64,000 nucleotides of DNA. Source: an uncultured Methanolobus sp. (GTDB lineage Archaea; Halobacteriota; Methanosarcinia; Methanosarcinales; Methanosarcinaceae). Positions 30,521-38,611 of the stretch are shown in pieces. The translations under genes and the position numbers were made by a program. Position 1 is the first letter of the stretch, and every line of letters starts with the position of its first letter. The notes beneath the pieces are model-generated. The model saw nothing but the letters and a program-made list of their open reading frames with translations. It was not told the origin of the DNA and made no database searches. The stretch is from contig OY776215.1 of assembly GCA_963675495.1 (NCBI GenBank), forward strand, positions 1,952,001-2,016,000. Direction: 5' to 3'.

Positions 30521-33500
30521 ATGAAATTCACAGGAAAAAATACAGTTTCGTTCATAACTTTAGTATCGATATTTGCAATTCTAATGTCAGGGTGTATTGG
30601 AAGTGATACGGGGGATTCCGGTCTTTCTTCCAGCATAGCAGGTCCGTGTAGTGACCAGTTAGCTTCATCAGATGATGAATTCCTGATACTTGCACCGAAA
30701 ATGCTCTTCTCAGGCGGGGAAAGTTCGGTGACCATGGCGGCTTTCTCGGACAGTCAACCGGTGACTCGCTGCGTTGAATATACTCTCACGGATGAGGACA
30801 ACAATGAGATTGCTCTCCTTGCGGCATCAACTTCAGACTCAGGAAATGTGGTGGCTTCCTTTGAAGTGCCTGATGTTGAAGAGGGCAGCTATGTACTAAA
30901 TGCAAAGCCTTCAGGATTTGATACTGAGTTCAAGGCAACTGTGGAAGTGGTGAATAACAATCCATTGTTCATTGAGACAGATAAGCCGATTTACAAACCG
31001 AGACAGACAATACACGGCAGAATACTTTCCCTGAACAACAATTTGATTCCTGTGGAAGAGGACATCACCGTAGAGATAACAGATGCTAAAGGCATCAAGG
31101 TCTTCAAGGAAGAACTGAGTTCCAACAAATATGGTGTAACTTCATTCGATCTGCCGCTTGCATCAGAACTGAATCTGGGCACATGGAAGATAATCGCAAC
31201 AGCAGGCGATTCTACTTCCAATGTAGACATCCAGGTGGACAAATATGTGCTTCCGAAGTTCGATGTCTCACTGGAAACCCCGCAGGAGTGGTTCCTTGTC
31301 TCTGATGAGATTACAGGTACGGTTTCAGGTAACTACTTCTTTGGCAAGGAAGTTGAGGGTGAGGTGCTTGTGGAAGCTTCACGTTATGTGGGTGAATGGG
31401 AGCAATATGCAAGCTTTTCCGGAACACTTGAAGAAGGAACTGTTGAGTTCGAACTTCCTTCTGTGGAATACGCTGCCGGAACATACGGGGCAGGTGGGCA
31501 AGCCAGCCTTATGCTCAATGTGACGGTTATAGATACTGGAAATCATAGCGAGACTACCAACAAATTGCTTACAATATCCGAATCTCCACTTGTTATCCAG
31601 CTTATACCTGAATCAAGTTCCATAAAACCGGGAATGCCATTGCAGGTGCTTTTGGTTACAAAAGATCCGGGGGGCAATCCGATAGATGCTGAAGTGACAG
31701 TGGAGACTCGAATCAGGGACGAGTCATACGATATCACCAGTGATAAGGAAACAGTAACTACAGAAGGTGGCGTTGCCATGCTGGAGTATAATATTCCAGA
31801 TAATACTAACCACCTATTCATAGACGCCTATGCAGATGATGCAATGGCCAGTGAATCTCTGAATGCCGCCTACTCTCCAACTGCCAGTTTTATACACATC
31901 TCCCAGACAAGCGAAGGTGTGCCGGAACTTGGCGATACGATCTCTTTCCGTGTCTATTCAACAAATCCGGGAACAGTATTCTATGATGTGTTCGCAAACG
32001 GCAGGACGGTATATTCTGCTACCAGTGATGAACCGGATATCAGCATACCTGTGACACCACAGATGAGCCCTCAGGCAAAGGTCGTGGCTTACATGATAAA
32101 CCCAAATAGCGAGGTGTCTGTGGATGTGCTTCCATTCGATGTGGAATTCTCCACACAGGTTGACCTTTCCAGCTCTTTTGACGGTGAGTCAGTTGAGCCA
32201 GAGGATAACGTAACGGTTGATTTTGATGCAGGAAGCCAGTCAATGATAGGTTTCTCCATCGTCGATGAGTCTGTCTATGCTCTCAGTGAAGGCAGGCTTA
32301 ATCTAAAACAGGTTTTCGATGAGCTGGAAAAGCGCTTCATGGAACCAATGGCAGAATCGCATCCATCCTGGTACATGGAAGGTGCTTATGATACATTGGA
32401 AAATGCCGGCATGGTTGTAATGGCATCTCCGGGAATAGAGGTGCCGCGTTCTGAATTGGATGAAGTAAGAGTTGATAATGCCAAATTCGCAGGTTTTGGC
32501 ATGGAAGTAGATGCAGCCATGGATGACATGGTAATGGAAGAAGAAGTTGTTGAGGCACCTATGATGGAAGCTATTCCTACAGAGGAAGCTGCCGATGAGG
32601 ATATGGCCGAAGGCGGTGAGCTTGCAGAAGTTCAACGTGTGCGCCAGTTCTTCCCTGAAACCTGGGTGTGGATGCCTGAGCTACTCACAGATGATGCCGG
32701 TCTTGCAAGCCTTGACCTGACGGCACCGGACAGCATCACCACATGGAGGCTGCATGCAGTTTCATCAGGCTCAGAAGGAATTGGTATTTCAGAATCAAGC
32801 CTGACGGTTTTCCAGGACTTTTTTGTTGATCCGGACCTTCCATACTCTGTGACAAGAGGTGAGGAATTCCCTGTGCAGGTGCAGGTCTACAATTATCTTG
32901 ATACGAAGCAGGACGTTAAACTCACACTCTCAGGTGCTGACTGGTTTGATATCATCGGTGATGATGTAGAGGAAGTAACTGTTGATGCCAACGGTGTGGG
33001 CTATGCCAGTTTCACAATAAGCCCGACAGAAGTTGGTAAGCACATTGTAGAGATTACAGGCCAGACCACGAAGAGGGCGGATGCGGTCAGAAAGGATATG
33101 ATCGTGGAGGCAGAAGGCGCGACCCGTGAGCTAGTTGACAACGGGGTGCTAAGTAATGGTTCGGTTGAACTTGACACAAGCTTGCCAGAGGGCATAGTTC
33201 CTGATTCTGAAAAAGTTCTTGTGAGCTTTACTCCAAGCATAGTTGCACAAAGCATAAGCGGAGTCGATGACCTGCTGGGTATGCCTTACGGATGCGGTGA
33301 GCAGAACATGATGCTCTTCTCAACTGATGTTGAGGTATTGCGCTATCTCAAGGCAACAGGGCAGGATAATCCGGAGGTTAGGGCGAAGGCTGAGATGTAT
33401 ATAATTACTGGTTACCAGCGTGAATTGACATACCGGCACAGTGATGGCTCTTTCTCAGCATTCGGTGAAAGTGATGAGAGTGGCAGTCTCTGGTTAACAT

Positions 33501-34756
33501 CCTTCGTACTATCACAGTTCAGTGCTGCAAGGGATGTGACCACAATTGATGAGAACATTCTCTCTGAAGCGGCGGACTGGGTAGAATCACACCAACAGGA
33601 GGATGGTTCATGGGAGCAGGTCGGCTTTGTGATACACCAGGACATGATGGGTGGTTTGAGCGGTACCTATGCCCTATCGGCATATGTGACCCTTGCACTG
33701 GATGAGTATGGATCTGCAAGTCCTGTTGTCATGGCAAATGCGCAGAAGTACCTTGAGGATAACCTTGGCAGCCAGGATGATCCGTACGCACTTGCAATCG
33801 GGACTCTTGCCCTGCAAAAACTTAACAGCCCATTTGCTGATGAGGCTCTGAACGACCTGCTGGCAATTGCAAAACAGGATGATGATGGCACTTATTGGGG
33901 CTATGGTGACGGAGCAGTCCCATTGCCATACGAGCATGGAGGCTATAGTTACATGGCACCATCAAGCAAGAATGTGGAAACCACTGCATACGCTACACTT
34001 GCTATGATCGAAGCCAAGAACCCCACAGCCATCTCATCATTGAAATGGATATCCGCACAGCGTAATTCCAACGGTGGTTTCTCAAGTACTCAGGATACTG
34101 TTATGGCCTTCAGGGCATTGATGAGTGCAGCAGCATCTGCCGGAAGGGATATCGACGCTACAGTGCATGTGATTGCAGACGGCACCGAAGTTAAGTCAGT
34201 GGAAGTAAACCAGCAGAATTTCGATGTGGTGCAGATAATTGAGATTCCAGAAGGGACATCAGAACTCAAACTTGAAATGGAGGGCACAGGAGACCTGAAC
34301 TACCAGCTTGTCAGGCGCTTCAACGTTATCCTGCCTGATGTCATTGAGCAGAATGAGATAGAGCTTGATGTGCAGTATGATTCCACAGATGTTGCCGTGA
34401 ACGATATCGTTACAGTGAATGCCCGCGTGAAGTACAACGGTATCCGTGGCATTGGTGGCAGCATCACTTCCAGTGGAATGATGATAGTGGACCTCGCGGT
34501 TCCAACAGGTTTCAGTCCAATTTCATCAAGCCTTGAAGTCCTTAAGGAAGAAACCGTGATAACCCGCTACGAAATAGCAGGCAGAAAGGTGATTCTCTAC
34601 ATCGATGACATGCAGCCAGGTGAGGAACTGATCCTTAGTATGCAGGTAAAAGCACTGTTTCCGGTGAAGGCTATTGTTTCGGAGAGCAAGGCTTATTCTT
34701 ACTACAATCCGGAGGTTGTGGCTGAGAGTAAGGGAATGGATATGACAGTTGTTTGA
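30521..34756 (+). CDS. Alpha-2-macroglobulin / thioester-containing protein, lipoprotein
   Basis: Lipobox LMSGC; FIETDKPIYKP, YVLPKF, RQFFPETWVW, PDSITTW, PYGCGEQNM, GGFSSTQDT, YSYYNP. Confidence 0.93.
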   Translation: MKFTGKNTVSFITLVSIFAILMSGCIGSDTGDSGLSSSIAGPCSDQLASSDDEFLILAPKMLFSGGESSVTMAAFSDSQPVTRCVEYTLTDEDNNEIALLAASTSDSGNVVASFEVPDVEEGSYVLNAKPSGFDTEFKATVEVVNNNPLFIETDKPIYKPRQTIHGRILSLNNNLIPVEEDITVEITDAKGIKVFKEELSSNKYGVTSFDLPLASELNLGTWKIIATAGDSTSNVDIQVDKYVLPKFDVSLETPQEWFLVSDEITGTVSGNYFFGKEVEGEVLVEASRYVGEWEQYASFSGTLEEGTVEFELPSVEYAAGTYGAGGQASLMLNVTVIDTGNHSETTNKLLTISESPLVIQLIPESSSIKPGMPLQVLLVTKDPGGNPIDAEVTVETRIRDESYDITSDKETVTTEGGVAMLEYNIPDNTNHLFIDAYADDAMASESLNAAYSPTASFIHISQTSEGVPELGDTISFRVYSTNPGTVFYDVFANGRTVYSATSDEPDISIPVTPQMSPQAKVVAYMINPNSEVSVDVLPFDVEFSTQVDLSSSFDGESVEPEDNVTVDFDAGSQSMIGFSIVDESVYALSEGRLNLKQVFDELEKRFMEPMAESHPSWYMEGAYDTLENAGMVVMASPGIEVPRSELDEVRVDNAKFAGFGMEVDAAMDDMVMEEEVVEAPMMEAIPTEEAADEDMAEGGELAEVQRVRQFFPETWVWMPELLTDDAGLASLDLTAPDSITTWRLHAVSSGSEGIGISESSLTVFQDFFVDPDLPYSVTRGEEFPVQVQVYNYLDTKQDVKLTLSGADWFDIIGDDVEEVTVDANGVGYASFTISPTEVGKHIVEITGQTTKRADAVRKDMIVEAEGATRELVDNGVLSNGSVELDTSLPEGIVPDSEKVLVSFTPSIVAQSISGVDDLLGMPYGCGEQNMMLFSTDVEVLRYLKATGQDNPEVRAKAEMYIITGYQRELTYRHSDGSFSAFGESDESGSLWLTSFVLSQFSAARDVTTIDENILSEAADWVESHQQEDGSWEQVGFVIHQDMMGGLSGTYALSAYVTLALDEYGSASPVVMANAQKYLEDNLGSQDDPYALAIGTLALQKLNSPFADEALNDLLAIAKQDDDGTYWGYGDGAVPLPYEHGGYSYMAPSSKNVETTAYATLAMIEAKNPTAISSLKWISAQRNSNGGFSSTQDTVMAFRALMSAAASAGRDIDATVHVIADGTEVKSVEVNQQNFDVVQIIEIPEGTSELKLEMEGTGDLNYQLVRRFNVILPDVIEQNEIELDVQYDSTDVAVNDIVTVNARVKYNGIRGIGGSITSSGMMIVDLAVPTGFSPISSSLEVLKEETVITRYEIAGRKVILYIDDMQPGEELILSMQVKALFPVKAIVSESKAYSYYNPEVVAESKGMDMTVV

Positions 34757-34869
34757 ATGAACAAATGAAGGGGTTATGATACCTCTTCAACTTATTTTAT
34801 TTGGAATTTGATATCTAAGATTTAAAAAGTGATATATATCTTAGTTTTCAACTAATTTATGGTATACTG

Positions 34870-36162
34870 ATGAACATCACACAAATTAAGATCAAGAAAC
34901 TGTTTGATCTATATGACCATGAGATCAAACTGAATTCTAGTGAAAGAATAACTATTATCTATGGACCCAATGGTGTCGGCAAGACTATCATATTGCAGAT
35001 GTTAAGGTCTATTTTCAATACAAAATATGATATCTTCTACAAGGTTCCATTTGAAGAGTTTTCGATCGAGTTTGATAATGGTAATGTGTTATTCCTGAAA
35101 AAAAGGTATAATAAAGACAAAAACCAGGATGAGTTAATTCTTAATTTGAATGGAAATGAGACAACTCAAATTCAGCTCGATTGTATGCCCGATGCAAAAG
35201 CATTTGATAAAATTATACATAATCATCCCAACCTGAAGAAGATAGAAGTAGATGAGTGGCTGGACTTTTCAGATGGGGAAATATTGAATTCCGGGGACGT
35301 TTTGGATCGTTATGATATTCGTTTGCCTGCGCAAAAGAATGGACTTGGTTGGTTTAATGATATCAAAGAGGAAATAAATGTTGATTTCATAGAGACTCAA
35401 AGGCTTATAATACTGAGTAATTCAAGGAAAAAATATCCAACTCCAAAAACATCAATAAAGAAGACAGTTAGTAATTATTCTTCGGAATTGTCTGAAGAAG
35501 TCCAAAGGCAGCTTGCAAAATATGCAACCCTTTCTCAATCGTTAGATAGGTCTTTTCCAATTCGTCTGGCAAAAATGAAAACGGATTTGGATTACACTTA
35601 TCTTGAGCAAGATCTGTCAAAATTAGAGGAAAGAAGAAAAAATCTGATTCAGATCGGGGTTTTGGATGCTGATTACGAATTCGATTATTTGACTGATATC
35701 CCGGAAGTAAATCAGGAAAATGCCCACGTCCTTTCTGTATATATTGAGGATGTTGGGAAAAAACTGGATGTTTTTAATGACCTGACAATGAAATTAGATC
35801 TGTTTGTAAGCATAATTAACAATAGATTCGTGAATAAGCGCCTGTCAGTTAGTAAGGACAAAGGGTTTGTAATTAAAACCTTAAATGAGCGTGAGATCCA
35901 ACCAAGGGATCTTTCTTCCGGTGAGCAGCACGAATTAGTTCTCTATTACGAGCTTTTATTCAAGATCGAACCTGGTTCTCTGATCCTAATTGATGAACCT
36001 GAGATATCACTGCATATCGGATGGCAAAATGAGTTTTTAAATGACCTGATGAAAGTGATAGATCTTGCCGGGTTTGACGTGCTGATAGCGACACATTCTC
36101 CTGACATTATCGGGGACCGCTGGGACTTGACAGTATCATTAGAGGCAAAAGTTGAGAATTAG
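34870..36162 (+). CDS. ABC-type ATPase (AAA_15/AAA_21), PARIS AriA-like
   Basis: GPNGVGKT, LSSGEQ, LILIDEPE, ATHS; long helical insert; no TM partner. Confidence 0.82.
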   Translation: MNITQIKIKKLFDLYDHEIKLNSSERITIIYGPNGVGKTIILQMLRSIFNTKYDIFYKVPFEEFSIEFDNGNVLFLKKRYNKDKNQDELILNLNGNETTQIQLDCMPDAKAFDKIIHNHPNLKKIEVDEWLDFSDGEILNSGDVLDRYDIRLPAQKNGLGWFNDIKEEINVDFIETQRLIILSNSRKKYPTPKTSIKKTVSNYSSELSEEVQRQLAKYATLSQSLDRSFPIRLAKMKTDLDYTYLEQDLSKLEERRKNLIQIGVLDADYEFDYLTDIPEVNQENAHVLSVYIEDVGKKLDVFNDLTMKLDLFVSIINNRFVNKRLSVSKDKGFVIKTLNEREIQPRDLSSGEQHELVLYYELLFKIEPGSLILIDEPEISLHIGWQNEFLNDLMKVIDLAGFDVLIATHSPDIIGDRWDLTVSLEAKVEN

Positions 36163-36170
36163 GTGTTTTT

Positions 36171-37028
36171 GTGAGAGAGCAAATTACATCACATCGCATT
36201 GCAAACCAGGTGAGGATGAGGCGTCAGGATCCTCTGAATTCTATTTTGCTTGTTGAGGGACGTACGGACAAAAGGGTATTTACAGATATCATTGACGGGG
36301 ACTATTGCGATATTGTCTATGCTGTCTATAAGGATAAATTGTTAGCTGCTCTATCAATACTGGAAAAGAGCGGGGAAAAAGGAGTTCTTGGAATAGTGGA
36401 TGCAGATTACTGGCATGTGAACCAAATTAGTCCGCAAAGATACAGTAATAATTTGCTTACCACCGATTCACATGACATAGACACAATGATACTGGCGTCA
36501 CAAGCCCTTGAAAAAATGCTCAATGAGTATGCAACGCAGTTCAAATTGCAATCACTTGGAAGGCCTATCCGGGAAATATTGCTTGAAAGCGGTGCTGTTA
36601 TTGGATATATTAGATGGGCTTCCAGAAAATATAATCTGAACATTGGTTTTAAATTCGTGAAGTTCTACAAATTTGTTGATACAAAAAATTTGAATGTCAA
36701 TACCAACAGGCTATACAAAGAACTGAAAACCAAGTCAAATAACAGGAATATGAATGATGCAGTGGTAAAAAAATATATAAATGGTCTGGTAAAATTGAAT
36801 GAAGATCTATGGAATATCTGCCAGGGCCACGATCTGGTTGAGATCTTAACCATTGGTCTTAAAGAGATATTTGGAAATCATGCCAAAGACAATCTGGACT
36901 CCGATATTGTTTCAAAGAATCTGAGACTGGCTTACAATTTATCGAATTTCATCGATACAAAGCTATATACAAGTATCAAAGAATGGGAAGAAGCAAATTC
37001 TGAATTCAGGATCTTATTAAGGTCATAG
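36171..37028 (+). CDS. DUF4435-like TOPRIM nuclease, PARIS AriB-like
   Basis: LLVEGRTD, GIVDADY (DxD) and QGHD motifs, directly downstream of the ATPase. Confidence 0.78.
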   Translation: MREQITSHRIANQVRMRRQDPLNSILLVEGRTDKRVFTDIIDGDYCDIVYAVYKDKLLAALSILEKSGEKGVLGIVDADYWHVNQISPQRYSNNLLTTDSHDIDTMILASQALEKMLNEYATQFKLQSLGRPIREILLESGAVIGYIRWASRKYNLNIGFKFVKFYKFVDTKNLNVNTNRLYKELKTKSNNRNMNDAVVKKYINGLVKLNEDLWNICQGHDLVEILTIGLKEIFGNHAKDNLDSDIVSKNLRLAYNLSNFIDTKLYTSIKEWEEANSEFRILLRS

Positions 37029-37060
37029 TTTTTTAATGGTAGTTTTAGGTGTGTGGTGAA

Positions 37061-37657
37061 ATGGATTTCAGATTGATCTTTATAATCGGATTTGCAGGTT
37101 TTGTCGTGACAGTCATCCTGCTGGCAATTATTTTTACTCTTCTCAATGAGAAGAAGCGAGCAAAGAACCTGAATGAACAGGCCAGAGAACTTGGTTTTCA
37201 ACAGGCTTCAAAGGATGTTGTCGAAAACCTTGGTTTTGAACAGACCCGACTTGGTAACAAACAAAAAGTATACAATGTGTTCACTGGTACTTTCAACGGA
37301 CTACCGGTAATTTCCTTTGATTTGAACATCACAATTGGCAACCTGGGCTATGGAACAGGAACATCTCATGGTAACACATTCAAGTCATCTGGTTTCATTT
37401 TTAAGAGAGATGCTCCTGTTTTTGAATTGCAGCCACGCTCTCCTCTCTCCCGAAATACATATAATGAACATTTTTCCCTTAAAGGGGATGACTCTTTTAT
37501 GAACGATATCCTTGCACAAAGCGTAGGGAAAAATTATGCTATTGAATCTATAGGGACACATGTACTTTTCGTTCCTTCGGGAAAACGTATCGTGAATATG
37601 GGTGAAGAACTGAAGGCAGCTTATGAAATATTGCGGGAAATTGCTTCAAAACAGTAG
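37061..37657 (+). CDS. Membrane-anchored hypothetical protein
   Basis: N-terminal TM helix then soluble domain; GGTGA RBS. Confidence 0.65.
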   Translation: MDFRLIFIIGFAGFVVTVILLAIIFTLLNEKKRAKNLNEQARELGFQQASKDVVENLGFEQTRLGNKQKVYNVFTGTFNGLPVISFDLNITIGNLGYGTGTSHGNTFKSSGFIFKRDAPVFELQPRSPLSRNTYNEHFSLKGDDSFMNDILAQSVGKNYAIESIGTHVLFVPSGKRIVNMGEELKAAYEILREIASKQ

Positions 37658-37916
37658 GTATACATTTAATTCAAATCCAAATACTGCTAATTGATTTTTG
37701 GAAGAGTTCAATGAACAAATATCTGAAGATGGTCCTTTTTGGACGAATTGTTTGGTTGGTTACCTGTTGTTCGGTGGATTCACTTGCAATGAAGATAAAG
37801 TGAATTATGAGTTTCAGAAAGGCGGGAATAAGATGATGGGGATTTTCAGGGATCAGCTTCGCTCGTCATGTCTGCTTTTCCTTCTTAAGAATGAAAATGA
37901 TTGAAAAAGATTGTAT

Positions 37917-38405
37917 TTAACCGTTCTTTGATTCCACTCTTGTTAGTACACTTAAGGTCACTGCATTCTCTTCGGCAATTGCACCTTCAATGCGGTCTAC
38001 AAGCAGTCTGAATGCGCTGTCTTTATCCAGTTCAGAGTAATCTCCAATTCCATGGACAAAAAGTTGCTTTTGGGTTTCCAGGTATTGCTCTGTTGACCTA
38101 TAGTTCTTCCACTGTTCTCTATAATGATAGATTCCTTCTAAGGCTATTGCAAGCGCTACTGCAATTCCTATTATCGTTACGGAAAGCTTTGCAATATCCA
38201 CATTCCAATTTACGATTGGCGCGATGATAGATACATTGTTGATGACAGGTATCAAAACAGCTCCAGTTGCCGCGACAACTTGAGTTTGTTGGTACCTTTT
38301 CTTCATTTTCACGGACTTGTTGTCATACCAAGATCTGTATTGCTCGAGTCTGTTCTCCAGATATTGTTCGGCAGTACTTTGAACATCGTCTGTTTCATCA
38401 ACCAT
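37917..38405 (-). CDS. DUF4231 / SLATT-domain two-TM protein
   Basis: Y...RL..Y..WYD.KS, two TM helices, W..YRSTEQYL, LVDRIE..I..EN. Confidence 0.8.
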   Translation of the reverse strand: MVDETDDVQSTAEQYLENRLEQYRSWYDNKSVKMKKRYQQTQVVAATGAVLIPVINNVSIIAPIVNWNVDIAKLSVTIIGIAVALAIALEGIYHYREQWKNYRSTEQYLETQKQLFVHGIGDYSELDKDSAFRLLVDRIEGAIAEENAVTLSVLTRVESKNG

Positions 38406-38548
38406 TAATAAAAATTGGAACTGGAAGTACTTAAAAGAATATGTTTCATTAAATTATTTTGTTATTTGGTTCTGGAATATGAATAAAATTGGACTTGAAA
38501 AGTAAATTACCTTTAAATGCACCTTATATTAATTCAAATTTGTTTTCC

Positions 38549-38584
38549 AATGCAAACACAAAAATACTAACAGCCAGATAGTTT
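38549..38584 (+). promoter_or_regulatory. 36-bp element upstream of mutS (copy 1)
   Basis: 33/36 identical to 42639-42674. Confidence 0.7.
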
Positions 38585-38611
38585 GGCAACATAAGTTTTG
38601 TGTGAATTATC

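Noticed and set aside
37698-37904. 68-aa ORF in the defence cluster
   Set aside because: TTG start with no RBS and no recognisable motif; may be a remnant
11362-38405. Provirus, integrative element or IS
   Set aside because: No integrase, transposase, capsid gene, terminal inverted repeats or att duplication found by eye
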